Positions 32,689 through 44,386 of a stretch of DNA of 64,000 bases are shown in pieces. A program made the position numbers and the translations under genes. The stretch lies in the NCBI GenBank assembly GCA_946965045.2, contig OX337241.1, positions 1 through 64,000 on the forward strand, in the 5' to 3' direction. The first letter of the stretch is position 1. Every line of letters starts with the position of its first letter. The DNA is from Epithemia pelagica (lineage: Eukaryota; Protista; Bacillariophyta). The notes under the pieces are model-generated. The model searched no databases. It saw nothing but the letters and a program-made list of their open reading frames with translations, and was not told the origin of the DNA.

Positions 32689-35600
32689 ATGGTCACTCTG
32701 TTTAAACGCAAACCGGCACCCTCTTCTTCTGTATCTGCTTCGCAACCATCTTCTCAGTATCCCTCCTCAACATCATCCTCATCGGGTCGATCTTCACCCA
32801 AACCACCCAACTCTTCATCATCAACGACCAGTAAATCACCGTCCTCTCCTCGACCACCTCCGCCACGACCCGAACGACCTATTGTCGCTCCTCGTGGCCC
32901 GCAACAGCAACAACAACATCAACAACAGCATGGTTCTACATCGTCTTCCGGAACCACCACAAAACCATCCTCTGCCAACAGTCTGGGCGAACCGCCAGGT
33001 CTCATTGGTGACCACCACCACAGCAATCACAGCAATCACAGCCAGGGCAAGACAACGACCAAATCCAAAAAATCCAGCCATTCGTCCAAAAAGTCCAAAG
33101 ATGGCAAAGAGTCGAAACGGAAATCCAGCAGTACCAAGGCACCCCCCGAATCCTCCTCTTCTGCCGCAAAACAACAACAACAACAGCCTCCCGGCAAACC
33201 GCCACCCGCTCCAGTGTCGTCGTCGTCCGTCGCTGCGGCTGGACCCGCACCACCACCCACCATGGCTGCCACAACATCCACTTCTACGACAACGACAACA
33301 GTCTTGAAAAAACAATCGCCATCCCTCAATCATTACATGGGTGCCACAACGCCCATTACGGCGCATTATCAATTGAATGCGCAAATCTTGGCCGCCTTTG
33401 AATCGCATTACCAAGCCAAATTGTATCAAGTGGCCTATGCCATGGGATTGCAATTTGTCGAAACGGCACTCTTGGAAATCCCCAAGCATGGCTATTATTC
33501 CTCCAAACGACATGAACGCGAACGCATGCAATCTTCGTTGGATGCCGTCCGTGTCGTGGCATTGTTGCAACAAATTCAAAATGGAACGGCGGGAGACGAA
33601 CAGCAACACTCGTCGGCTTCCTTCTCGGGCGGCGCTGCGTCCTATGGCGTACCCAATCAACCCGCCGATCGCAATCGAGTCGAACGATTGCAAAGCTTGG
33701 CCTTGGAACAAGTCGAACAGGCCAGTGAAGATCAATACGAAGCCCAACGGCGAGCCACGGAACACGAATTGTGGCATTCGTACCAGAACCACAACAACGA
33801 CGACAACCAGTCAAATACGAATCGATCCACAACAACAACAACCACAACAACGACAAGACATGCCGATTCCAAGCCCTCCCATGCTGCTCCTTCACACAAA
33901 CAGCAGCAGCATTCGTCCCACAAGCGACATGGTTCGTCGTCCTCGACCGGAGACTCGAGACTGTCCCAAGAATGGGTCTTGTTGGAACCCTTTTTGTCCT
34001 GTCAAGAGTCCATTTCCTCGGCACTCTGTTCTCCCACATCTGCTGCCTCCACCACCAAAGCCAGTACAAGTACGACGGCAACCAAAAAACCAGCTAGCAC
34101 TGCAAGGGAACCGACCACCGATACAAAACCAGTCTCCAAAAAATCATCGACTAGTACCAAACGATCGTCCAAATCGTCATCGTCGTCCAAATCCTCGTCG
34201 TCGTCCAAAACCACCAACCACAGCAACCTTCCCGTCGGACGCCGCAGTCATGCCAGTCTCGAAGACGATTGGGATGAACAAGAATCGCAAAATTATCAAG
34301 GGCATCAACCACCCACCGCCCTGGCTACAGCGACTGCCATGACATCCAATGTCCAAGATCCACAACAACGACACGCCGATTTGGCTCATGTCTTGCCCAT
34401 GGCTGTGGCCGTACCATTGGAACGACAACATTATTCCGCCTTGGCATCGACCACGGCAGCTGCAAGTGGAGTATCCTCACAAGCCCCCGTCCTGGTCCAA
34501 GCTCATGCCGTGTCTCCCTCCTCGCGAGCACACGACGACTCGTCCGCAGCATTGCCGGAATCCTGGATCCATGTGCCACCAGCCGCAGTAGCTTCTGCCG
34601 CTCCTCCGATTGCGGCAGCACGACGGTATTCGGCCGGTGATCCCGCAGCGATACGACGACAAACCATGTCGACGGAAGATTTGCTGTTGGAAAAAGCCTT
34701 GTTCTTGTCGGGCTTGGAAATTCTTCCCTCCTCGTCCGTGGTCGTTATGGAAGACGACGACGACAAGCCGAAATGGATGACACCAGATCAAGAAAAGTTG
34801 GAACGAGAAAAAGAACAAGTCCGACAAGTCAAGGAAGCAGTTGGAACAGCGGCCGCTGCCGCGGCTGCCGAAAGGATCCTGGAGCAACAACAGCAAGAAG
34901 AAGAACAAGATGCCTTGTATCCCGGTGCACGACGCGTGAATGGCGGCAAGGCCCAATTGGAATTGGCCACCTTGTCCAAATTGTATCGCGAAGATTTTGA
35001 TTCCCTCCAAGTCTATCACGACACGGATACGGCCCAGGCGGCTGTCTTGGCCGCCACGACGGGTGCCTCGGAACGACCCCCGCGCATCTTTATTCGGTAC
35101 TGCGATACCTATCAGGGTCGATTGCCCGGTTCCATGAATGGATGTACCGTGATTGCACCCTTGCTTTGTATTCACCACTTGATTGAATCCAATCAGTTGC
35201 CCGACAATGATGGATTGGACAATGGAACGATTCGGCAAGTGATTGATGAAGAAACGCCCATCATTTTACAAGAATTGCGCCACTCGTTGGGCTTGTCGGA
35301 ACACGCCTTTTTGATTCCCGCCGATGTGCACGATTACTTGATTGCCAATGGTCAATTGCACACGTCGCAATTTGTCACGGTCAGTGGCGGTAATTTGTTG
35401 GACGATGGTCATTTGCAAACGTTTGTGGCCGCCCTTCAAGACAATCCCCACAAGTTGGCCGCCACCTTGTTTTTTCACGAACATGTCGTGGCCATTTTGA
35501 AAATTCGCAAGGCTCCCCGACACCACCACCATCATGCGGCCGGACGATCCGACCATGCCAACCAGGATGACGATGTGGCCTATGATATTATTGACAGTTT

Positions 35601-35985
35601 GCCCCTCAAAAAGACGGTACGTCGACACGGCAATGGTTCGTCCTCCCCCCACCAACAGCAACACGAGCGAGCCCAAGTCGACTCCTTTCTCTTGAATGGG
35701 GACATGCTGGATCTCCATTCCTTTCCCGACTACCAATCGAATTATAATAATGACTTTGACGACTTTGACGACTTTGACGACGAAGGCCGGACCTTGACGG
35801 AAACGGCCATTTTTCGGTGTAGCAATGCCGATGCTCTCATGGCCTGTTTGCGCTGGTATGCCTGTTCCAAGTTTACCAAGGAAAATATGCAGTACATTGA
35901 TACCTATGAATGGGACGATGGGACGAGTGATTTTGATCCCCGCGTCTTTCAAGCCTTTGTCTGGGGCACGCCGCCCACCATGTAA
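32689..35985 (+). CDS. Protein with a USP8/AMSH-type N-terminal MIT-like domain and a C-terminal putative Cys-His-Asp peptidase-like domain
   Basis: ~1098-aa ORF. HYQLNAQILAAFESHY...AYAMGLQFVETALLEIPKHGYY matches the USP8-dimer/AMSH N-terminal pattern (IPKHxxY). C-terminal NGCTVIAPLL, FFHEHVVAILK and YDIIDSLP. Confidence 0.75.
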   Translation: MVTLFKRKPAPSSSVSASQPSSQYPSSTSSSSGRSSPKPPNSSSSTTSKSPSSPRPPPPRPERPIVAPRGPQQQQQHQQQHGSTSSSGTTTKPSSANSLGEPPGLIGDHHHSNHSNHSQGKTTTKSKKSSHSSKKSKDGKESKRKSSSTKAPPESSSSAAKQQQQQPPGKPPPAPVSSSSVAAAGPAPPPTMAATTSTSTTTTTVLKKQSPSLNHYMGATTPITAHYQLNAQILAAFESHYQAKLYQVAYAMGLQFVETALLEIPKHGYYSSKRHERERMQSSLDAVRVVALLQQIQNGTAGDEQQHSSASFSGGAASYGVPNQPADRNRVERLQSLALEQVEQASEDQYEAQRRATEHELWHSYQNHNNDDNQSNTNRSTTTTTTTTTRHADSKPSHAAPSHKQQQHSSHKRHGSSSSTGDSRLSQEWVLLEPFLSCQESISSALCSPTSAASTTKASTSTTATKKPASTAREPTTDTKPVSKKSSTSTKRSSKSSSSSKSSSSSKTTNHSNLPVGRRSHASLEDDWDEQESQNYQGHQPPTALATATAMTSNVQDPQQRHADLAHVLPMAVAVPLERQHYSALASTTAAASGVSSQAPVLVQAHAVSPSSRAHDDSSAALPESWIHVPPAAVASAAPPIAAARRYSAGDPAAIRRQTMSTEDLLLEKALFLSGLEILPSSSVVVMEDDDDKPKWMTPDQEKLEREKEQVRQVKEAVGTAAAAAAAERILEQQQQEEEQDALYPGARRVNGGKAQLELATLSKLYREDFDSLQVYHDTDTAQAAVLAATTGASERPPRIFIRYCDTYQGRLPGSMNGCTVIAPLLCIHHLIESNQLPDNDGLDNGTIRQVIDEETPIILQELRHSLGLSEHAFLIPADVHDYLIANGQLHTSQFVTVSGGNLLDDGHLQTFVAALQDNPHKLAATLFFHEHVVAILKIRKAPRHHHHHAAGRSDHANQDDDVAYDIIDSLPLKKTVRRHGNGSSSPHQQQHERAQVDSFLLNGDMLDLHSFPDYQSNYNNDFDDFDDFDDEGRTLTETAIFRCSNADALMACLRWYACSKFTKENMQYIDTYEWDDGTSDFDPRVFQAFVWGTPPTM

Positions 35986-37069
35986 TCCAGTCATCACAAC
36001 CAAGTGTTGTAGTGTACAGTGTGTGCGTGACACATGCACGGTATCCGTGTGCCTCGCGCACACTCTATTACTACAGTGGCAAACACAATAAGAACGAATG
36101 CCAGGCAATTGGAAGGTGGCACCACCGTGTGTGTCCGACCACTGAGATGTTGCTCTCTAGCAAGCGACGTTGCGAGTTTGGTCCAGATTCCGTATGATGA
36201 ACACAACAGAATCGTCGTGCATCTCGGATGCAGGGACCACGCGTTCCATGCGGTTCTTGTTTGGACCTACCTACTACTAATCCTAGTAGAACCCGGAACG
36301 TTATTATGATGATAAGGTTTCTCGGTTGCTTCGATCCGAGGGTGTTGCGTTCTCGGCTTTTGTAGTAGACCAAAAGAGGCTGGAGGAACGATCTACGTAG
36401 TTTAGTATTGTGGAGGGGGCTATAGCCGTTTCTCCGATCCCGCTCTCGCAGACTCGCAGATCAGTCGCGTGGAAATCGCGTTCCAGAGATATCGTCTTTG
36501 GTCGCGGTGAGTACCGAGATTCCAGATTGATGGTTGGGCATTTGGACGTCCCACGTCACAGAGAGTCACAAATCCCATCGGGGAGTCATTGCGTGTGGTT
36601 GGTGTGTGGGGCGACCCCAAACCCAAAGAGACATTCTCCCCAAACGCCTTTAGACCCCCAACAAGAGACAGACACTGGAAATGACTTTGTGGTTGGAAGG
36701 GGTTTTCCCGAAACAGAGTCTCTAAAGAGAGAGAGGCCGTTCCTTATTGAGCCGCAAGAGAAGCAAAAGGCATCATCATCGTCTCCCAAACAGGCACAGC
36801 ACCAAGACAACAACAGTGTCGGAACTTCCCCTCTTGTTGTTGCTGCTCTAGAACGATTGGATTCCAAGAGGGCGACGGCGAATTTGTAGGCTTGGTTGTG
36901 TGGTTGTTGCATGAATCTTCTTCCTGGATAGTGGTGGTTCTTTCTATCTTCAATTCACCGTGTCTTTCTCCCCCACCAACGGCTCTTTGTGGCAACAGAG
37001 GTGCAGGAGGCCACAACTGGAGTCGACGAGTGGAAGTTGTTGTGGTAGATCTCCCAAGCAGCAGGCACA

Positions 37070-40000
37070 ATGATTGTAGCCGAAAGTCGACCCTTGGCGG
37101 AAAACAATAGTCCTTCTTCTCCATCGGCGACTGGTAATACTGCTACCAATACTACCGACAATAACAATACCAACAACAACATGACGGAAAAAGAAGTCTT
37201 GGTGCTCGAAACCAGTACCACCACGACGAGTCCGAGTACCAGTACCAGTTCCGACGGCTTGCAAAAGGAATCCACCGGCGTGGAGCAACCCGTCAGTACC
37301 AGCAAACCATTCGTGGAACAACCAGAAGGACCTGAAGCCGATGATTTGGTCAATTCCTTTTCCAATCATAGCCTTCCGGAATCAACCTTTGATGACGAAC
37401 CGCAACAACCACAAGAGGAATCACCTCCCGTGGTGGTGCGCGATCCACCAACAGCCGTAGACGATCCTCCAACTCATGAGGATGACAAAGCAGCCCCTGC
37501 ATCCGAGCCTCCCTCGGCCGAATCCTTTTCTCCCGTGGAGACTTCGTGGGCACATCAACCCGACCCAAATGACGACAGTGACGATGATGAGGAGGAGGAT
37601 GAGTTTGCCACGGGCAATCATCATCAAAATGACAATCCGAATGACAATGACCCGGCCGATGAAACGACCAATCACGAGGAGGAACTCTTGGATACCTTTG
37701 ACGATGCGACCGAAGCTCCTCCTCCAGCTCCCAAACCGAGCCTGTACGAAGACGATGTGTCCATTACCCTGTCGATGCAAAGCAATACCAAAAACAGCAC
37801 AGCAGGTGGTGGTGGTCCCTGGAAAGCTCCTTTGGCAACGCCAGCGTCTCCCGCTGCCACTTTAGAATCGTACAATCCCTGGGCGGCAGCCACTCCTCAA
37901 ACTGCCAACAATAACAACACCAACAACCAATCTTTGGATCATTCGGCTCGGACAGCTCCTCGCATGGTGTCCTTTTTCAACACGACGGAACCTCCTCCGC
38001 GCAGTGGCAACAATGGCAGTCATATTCCGAGCAGTGGTGATTCCGTCCTGTTGGGCGGGGTCGAGGATGCCATGAGTGTTCGGTCGCAGTCGACCCGGCA
38101 TACGGCCGTCACGACGACGACCAACAATATGGACTTGTTGGCCCGACCCTTGGTGGAAACCCACATGGCGGTCCGCGTCATGAAGGGTGAAATTCACAAT
38201 GTCTTGACCGTCATGCGGAGTTCCGAACATTCCCTCTATATGAGCGCACAACGCTTTACCGAAGAATTGACCGAAGAATCGCATCCCCTCGTGCAACAAT
38301 TTCAAGATTTGCACTTTACCCTGTCCGATTGGGATTTGCAAATGGCCGCCCATGCCTTGTATCGACGACAACGATCGGCGGCCACGGCCCTGAGTACCGC
38401 CGGTGGTGGCGCCAGTGTCATGGGTGGCGCTGGTGAATCGGTCGTGAGTCAAGCCGTGCACGATGCCTCGTCCTCGCCCTTGGTGACCCCACCGGATGCC
38501 TTAATGTATTTGCCACCCTTTTGTGTTGCCGTCACGACACGCGAAATCAATGCGCCCGTCACGGGCGCCTGTTTGACGGCCCTGCACAAATTTTTGCTCT
38601 ATGGCTTTGTCCATCCCGCCAAGGATGCGCAAGCCGGCATGACCATGATTGCCAAGGCCTTGTTGCATTGTACCTTTGAAGAAACAGCCGCACCGCCGCC
38701 CAATACGACCAACACTGCCGCGGCCGCGGCCAAACAACGACAACAATCCTGGCGCAAACAAATGCAACAGCATCAACAACAACAACAACATGGTTCACTC
38801 ACCAACATGGGGAGCAGTGATCATAGTGACGATGGATCGGCCACCGTGTCAGCCCAAAATACCACAGGAGGCACCAACAACACGGCCAGTACCAACAACA
38901 ACGCCAATAACAAACGTGGCACCCGCAAGGATGCCGAAGCCGCACAACGCGAAGAACAAGCGGCCTATTACCATCCCACTCGGGTCAATGACGAACAAGT
39001 CGTGCTCAAATTGTTGGATTTGGCCGCCTTGGTGGTGCGATGTTCCTTTTTGGGAACCTACGTCAATGGCAATAATGCCATGATGGAACAATTGGCACCC
39101 ACCACACCCACGGGATGTTTGCTCGATGCCGATTTGGTTGTCGGATTGCTCGATACCTGTCTCCATGTCTCGCACATTGCCAAGTCGGCCTCACCACTCT
39201 TGAAATCGGCCGCCTCCGATGCCTTGGGACAAATTGTCCTTCAAGTCTTTTCCCATCAAAAACAACCACCACAATCCATCCCCGCACCGATACCCGTAAA
39301 CATTGGATCCAGCAGTCGATCGCTCGGTGCGGCGAGTGCGGCCGCAATGCCCGGTTCCGATTCCCCCCGACAACAAGTCTTGGCCAAACTGGCCTCCCTG
39401 CTCAATCCAGCCAATCACGACGAACAAGTCATTGTCAGTAGTTTGACAGCCGTCAATATTGCCTTGGAAACCGCCAAGAATGAAGACAACATGAGTCCCC
39501 AAGAAGTCTCCATTTTGCAAAATGACTTGTTCAAATATTTGCTTCAATGGAGTACGACGAGTGATTTGCACATTTTGAGTTTGACCCTGCGGGTCATTTT
39601 CAATTTGTTCCAGTCCATTCCCAATCACCTCAAGGTCCCCCTCGAAGTCTTTTTAACGTCTGTCCATTTGCGCATCTTGGATGCGGGCAACAATGCCACG
39701 GCGGCCGCCCTGCGATCCAATGGCTTGAGCAAATTGACGGGTGCCTCCTCCTCGACCGTCACGTCGGCGTTGGGCAGTAGCCCCACTGGTGCGGGAGCGG
39801 GCAATACTCCGTCGGCCAATCACGAAGAACGCGAAGTGGTTTTGGAATCCATTTTGGAATATTGTCAAGAACCGGCCCTCATGCAAGATATCTACCGCAA
39901 TTACGATTGCGATGTGGCGTGTTCCAACTTGTTTGAACTCATTGTCAGTGCCTTGGGCAAGACGGCCATGCCCAATGACTCGACGCATCCCTTGTTGGTA

Positions 40001-43000
40001 GCGGCCGCCACGGGAGCATCTTCGCGAACCGTGACGGCGACCGACAGTGATGGGAGTAGTGGCCGACCCAAATTGGAGTCGGGAGAAAGCATTTCCAAAT
40101 TGGCCATGACCTATTCGACTCCCACACCAGCACGAACCTCCTTCTTTACCGTCAACACCACGACGCCCACACCCTTTATGCAACTCAACAAGTTGGCCCT
40201 CGAAGCCTTGTGTGCCATTCTCAACTTGATTGCGCGACGCGTCCATGCCGACCGGTCGCCCTTTTTGCGAGAGCTGGGCTTGACGTCCATGTCCATGGAC
40301 AATAGTATGGGTATGATAGATTCCTTCATGATGAACTCCATGGCCGACATGAGCATTCAAAACCAGTCCGTCACGGGATCTGTAGCACAAATGTCCGAGG
40401 AGGAGCTCCATCAACGTCGACAACGAAAAAATGCCCTGGTTCAAGTCGCGCAACTATTCAATGAAGACTTTACCGGACAGGGCTGGCTCGACATGGCGGT
40501 CAATTTGGATGTACTGGATGCCACCGACAATGCCAAGGGAGTCGCCGAAATTCTCTATTCGGCCTCCGGCCTGGACAAGGCCAAATTGGGAATTTATTTG
40601 AGCAAGGGTCCCGAATCCTCCTTCCCCTTTCACACCAAGGTTCGCCAACAATTTATTGAACTGTACGACTTTACGGACCTCAACTTTTCCGCCGCTCTGC
40701 GCTTGTTCTTGTCTCGGTTCCGTCTCCCTGGAGAAGCACAATGTATTGATCGCTTCATGGAATCATTTTCCAGTGAGCTGTACAAACAACAAAGCGGTAA
40801 CATGTCTACGTTCAAAGATGCCGATGCCGTCTATGTTCTGTCCTTTTCCACTATTATGCTCAACACGGATCTGCACAACCCTACCATTAAAGAAAGTAAC
40901 CGCATGACCAAGGAACAATTCATCAAGAATAACCGTGGAATCAATGCGGGCGAAGACCTTCCGGTCGAGTACTTGTCGGACTTGTACGACCAAATCAAGG
41001 GAAATCAAATTCAAGTACAACGAGAAGTCGGCGAGTTTATGAAGAAACAAGAGTACGACAAGGATTTCCGATCGGCGTGGGACAGTATCTTGGCCAAACA
41101 CAAAGAGGTGGCCACGGCGTTCTTTACGCATGCTGGAGATGCTCGTCGAAATATTTACAAGACGGGAGTGCACGACAAGGAAATGTTTACCATTTTGGTG
41201 AAATGGGCACTGGTGGCGCTTCCCGCTGTATTCAACAGGTCATGGGACGATGCGATTGTTTTCCGAAGTTTGCGTGGGTTCAAGCAAATGGCCATGATCG
41301 CCGATCATTTTGGTATGGATGATGTGGTGAACGAAATCATTGAGCTGTTGCTTACAAAGGGACGTGACTATGTGATCAATTGTATCATGTTGGATCATAA
41401 CCCCAAGAATCACATCGAAACAGACGGTGAAGATGAAACAACAACGCAAGGCGAGACTCATGGAGACAGTGAATCACAGATTCCTTATAGCTTGCTCTCT
41501 TCCGGCAAGGGATACACTGAGGTTGACTACACAGGTGCCGCTCATCATCGTGGCTTGTTGGCTTTGGACACTGGATTCTTGCTTGTTAGAAGATATGCAC
41601 GTAAGGTTGTTTCCGCGTGGCCACTGTTCATCGAGTGTCTCTGTGCCATGCGTGACGCTCGGGCTCTTCCATCTGGCTTGTCCGATTTGGATGACTTTGC
41701 GGATAGCAATGGTAATGTTTTGCCATTGTCACCATACGCAAAAGTCTCTCAGCGGCGCCTGGACCATTTCTATTCCAGCAAGGCCATGGCAAATGCCCGT
41801 GGAGCAGCTGCCACAACAGAAGGTCAACCTCAACAAGAAGGCTGGTTTTCCAAGCTATTCAAGACAACCTCCACCACAAAGGTTCCTACCGCAGAGGAAC
41901 TAGAAAAGACAGACGGACGTCGAACAGAAGGCGTCTTGTGTGCATCCACCCGGGCGGTTCTAGCTGTTGCAGAGTCTGCCAATGTTGAAAAGATTGTTCA
42001 AATGGGATCCACCAAGCTGCCAGTGGCGGAACAAACAATTCGTTCGTTATTGGACGTGGTGGACGCCTACCCTTACGACGACGACCCGGTGAACGAACAG
42101 CATGCAATCTTCTCCCTGGAGCTTGCAGCACGCGCTTTGTTGTCGAATAGGGACCGTGCCGTTGATATTTTCCCCGTCTTCTTGTCCAAATTTGAAAACA
42201 TCTTGGGGCAGGTCTCAGACAAGGGTGTACCATCTCCCTTTGTCATTGAGCGAATTGTTGTTACAATTCTACGTTGCAGCATTCACTTGTATGATCTTGA
42301 AGAGCTGCGTCCAAATCTCCGAGTTTCCTTGCATTTGCTGATCATGTCAATCCCGCGCTCATTCATTCGGGATGTTGCGGACCGCATGGCCTGTGGATTG
42401 GCGATTATTCTTCGGGCATCGTTCCCGTTTTTCGAAAGTCACAACGAATGGACATTCATGAGAGATACACTTGATACTCTTGCTAATTTTTCGAGTGCCC
42501 GTGTCTTTGTGTTTGATGGGATTGCATCCACTGTGGAATGTGCAGTCCCTCACCAAGGCAGAGACAAGGATGAATCCGGATACGGAGACGACGAGTATGA
42601 AAATGAGACTATCGACGATTCGAAAACCGGAGATGACATTCAACAGCAGTTCGCGCTCACAAAGGAAGCTTGTGGCGCCTTGTCTCGTATCCTTATTCGA
42701 TTCGTTCTGGGATTCTATCAGTCTGATTTCACGTTGTCAGTTCCTGCATCGGTTTGTTTAGAGAAGCTGTATTATCGCATGAACTCCCTTGCATTGGACG
42801 AAAAGATTGCTGCTGCTGCCAAGGCTGGCAACCCAATCGAGCTGACGGAGAAGGAACGTCGCTCCAAGGTACCAAACAAGGACTATTGGCAGAATGTTAC
42901 TGTCGCTTTGTATTCGGTATGTCGATCGCCAGACCCTGACGTCTCAAGACACGGATACGAAATTTGTCAACGCGTGATATTGCGGACGTCACTACGTGAA

Positions 43001-43591
43001 ATACCTGCCGACAAGTGGCTTGGTATTTTATACCTCATGGTCAGCAAACAGCCACCAACTGCGGCTGATCTTAGTCGTGCAAATACTTTTGTTCTTCTAG
43101 GCAACATGCTCATGCGGCTGTTACCATACTTGTCGAAGAAACAAAAGTCTCCGAGCGGCAACGGTGCGAACGAGGAGAAGGATGAAAACTTTGTGGATGC
43201 AGAAGACCTCACTGACGTCGTCCGACAGACAGCATCGTTGGCGGGCGAGAACTTGCGCAACGGACGTCGTGGACGGGTGTCGCCCTTGTTTGAAAAGACC
43301 TTGCAAACGGTAACATATCTCTCTAATCACATGCAAACAGATGAATGGAAAGGTGACAGAGAGTTCGGAACTTGGGCGAGCGAGGCCTTGTTGGCGGAAC
43401 TAGAAAAGGTGGGCGCGGCGGGTGCTTCCCTTCAGAATCAGGTTGCAATTCAAGAGAAATCCAGAGACGATGATTATGAGAACAAACCGGAAGTACTAGA
43501 AACTGAATCACCGATTGTGGCAGGAGGGCAAACGAGCAAACCATCAGAGGTCATAGATCAAGACGAAGACGAGGATGATGACGAGGATTAG
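37070..43591 (+). CDS. GBF1: Large Sec7 ARF guanine-nucleotide exchange factor, GBF1/GNOM/Gea type
   Basis: 2173-aa ORF. DCB-like ITREINAPVTGACLTALHKFL, HUS box YRNYDCD, Sec7 motifs FRLPGEAQCIDRFME and SFSTIMLNTDLHNP. Confidence 0.92.
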   Translation: MIVAESRPLAENNSPSSPSATGNTATNTTDNNNTNNNMTEKEVLVLETSTTTTSPSTSTSSDGLQKESTGVEQPVSTSKPFVEQPEGPEADDLVNSFSNHSLPESTFDDEPQQPQEESPPVVVRDPPTAVDDPPTHEDDKAAPASEPPSAESFSPVETSWAHQPDPNDDSDDDEEEDEFATGNHHQNDNPNDNDPADETTNHEEELLDTFDDATEAPPPAPKPSLYEDDVSITLSMQSNTKNSTAGGGGPWKAPLATPASPAATLESYNPWAAATPQTANNNNTNNQSLDHSARTAPRMVSFFNTTEPPPRSGNNGSHIPSSGDSVLLGGVEDAMSVRSQSTRHTAVTTTTNNMDLLARPLVETHMAVRVMKGEIHNVLTVMRSSEHSLYMSAQRFTEELTEESHPLVQQFQDLHFTLSDWDLQMAAHALYRRQRSAATALSTAGGGASVMGGAGESVVSQAVHDASSSPLVTPPDALMYLPPFCVAVTTREINAPVTGACLTALHKFLLYGFVHPAKDAQAGMTMIAKALLHCTFEETAAPPPNTTNTAAAAAKQRQQSWRKQMQQHQQQQQHGSLTNMGSSDHSDDGSATVSAQNTTGGTNNTASTNNNANNKRGTRKDAEAAQREEQAAYYHPTRVNDEQVVLKLLDLAALVVRCSFLGTYVNGNNAMMEQLAPTTPTGCLLDADLVVGLLDTCLHVSHIAKSASPLLKSAASDALGQIVLQVFSHQKQPPQSIPAPIPVNIGSSSRSLGAASAAAMPGSDSPRQQVLAKLASLLNPANHDEQVIVSSLTAVNIALETAKNEDNMSPQEVSILQNDLFKYLLQWSTTSDLHILSLTLRVIFNLFQSIPNHLKVPLEVFLTSVHLRILDAGNNATAAALRSNGLSKLTGASSSTVTSALGSSPTGAGAGNTPSANHEEREVVLESILEYCQEPALMQDIYRNYDCDVACSNLFELIVSALGKTAMPNDSTHPLLVAAATGASSRTVTATDSDGSSGRPKLESGESISKLAMTYSTPTPARTSFFTVNTTTPTPFMQLNKLALEALCAILNLIARRVHADRSPFLRELGLTSMSMDNSMGMIDSFMMNSMADMSIQNQSVTGSVAQMSEEELHQRRQRKNALVQVAQLFNEDFTGQGWLDMAVNLDVLDATDNAKGVAEILYSASGLDKAKLGIYLSKGPESSFPFHTKVRQQFIELYDFTDLNFSAALRLFLSRFRLPGEAQCIDRFMESFSSELYKQQSGNMSTFKDADAVYVLSFSTIMLNTDLHNPTIKESNRMTKEQFIKNNRGINAGEDLPVEYLSDLYDQIKGNQIQVQREVGEFMKKQEYDKDFRSAWDSILAKHKEVATAFFTHAGDARRNIYKTGVHDKEMFTILVKWALVALPAVFNRSWDDAIVFRSLRGFKQMAMIADHFGMDDVVNEIIELLLTKGRDYVINCIMLDHNPKNHIETDGEDETTTQGETHGDSESQIPYSLLSSGKGYTEVDYTGAAHHRGLLALDTGFLLVRRYARKVVSAWPLFIECLCAMRDARALPSGLSDLDDFADSNGNVLPLSPYAKVSQRRLDHFYSSKAMANARGAAATTEGQPQQEGWFSKLFKTTSTTKVPTAEELEKTDGRRTEGVLCASTRAVLAVAESANVEKIVQMGSTKLPVAEQTIRSLLDVVDAYPYDDDPVNEQHAIFSLELAARALLSNRDRAVDIFPVFLSKFENILGQVSDKGVPSPFVIERIVVTILRCSIHLYDLEELRPNLRVSLHLLIMSIPRSFIRDVADRMACGLAIILRASFPFFESHNEWTFMRDTLDTLANFSSARVFVFDGIASTVECAVPHQGRDKDESGYGDDEYENETIDDSKTGDDIQQQFALTKEACGALSRILIRFVLGFYQSDFTLSVPASVCLEKLYYRMNSLALDEKIAAAAKAGNPIELTEKERRSKVPNKDYWQNVTVALYSVCRSPDPDVSRHGYEICQRVILRTSLREIPADKWLGILYLMVSKQPPTAADLSRANTFVLLGNMLMRLLPYLSKKQKSPSGNGANEEKDENFVDAEDLTDVVRQTASLAGENLRNGRRGRVSPLFEKTLQTVTYLSNHMQTDEWKGDREFGTWASEALLAELEKVGAAGASLQNQVAIQEKSRDDDYENKPEVLETESPIVAGGQTSKPSEVIDQDEDEDDDED

Positions 43592-44386
43592 AATCCTTCG
43601 ACAAGCATTCCTTTTAAAAAGAACAACTTGTTCTTCACAAAAATGTCTGTTTAAATCCCAGTCGTGGGACTGGTTAAGAGTTTCATTTTAATTGTACCAA
43701 CTTAGCCAATCATCATTGATAACTTTTTTCTATTAAAAACGAAAGAGAAATAGCCGCGTTCATGTTAGGATGGGATAGCACCGGTAGGAAGTTCAGCTGT
43801 CGCGGAAGATCTACTTAGGTAGGCCTTCTCGACCCACTCTTTCGTAGTACTACAGCTCTTTCCTTTTTAACCATCTAGAGAGAGACAGAGACCCGCTCCC
43901 CGTATGCTGTATAATTATTTTTCATTTTGTCATAGTTGTAGTAAGGAGTAAGTTGTAAGGCTTTATGCAATCTCAACAATCAACTCTCCGAGCTCAGTAC
44001 ACACCCGAAGTTCTGGGCGTGGAAGTGGTTGAAGGGTAAGGGGTAAAGGGTGAACTGTCTGTGTACTCCCAAGCAGGGGTGAGTGAGTCCTGCGCGATCG
44101 AATACGCTGCGCTCCATGAGAAGGAGAATGCACATCGTGCATTCAATCACAACTTGAAATACTCATGACTTACCCCCGCTGGGGCGCAGTGAAGGGTGAA
44201 CTTGGTGAGGAGGAGGCGAGAAGCGAGACTGTGAACTGTGAACGGTCACGCGGGACAAAGACCAAAGAATTTTCTTTTACCCAGACAAGAAGGACAGGGA
44301 CAGCTTCTGAGTCCTGAGCCTCATTCGAGATTCTAGATTGGGAGATCCACTTTCACTCCTACTCTCCTTTTGATATCGTTTGTACT

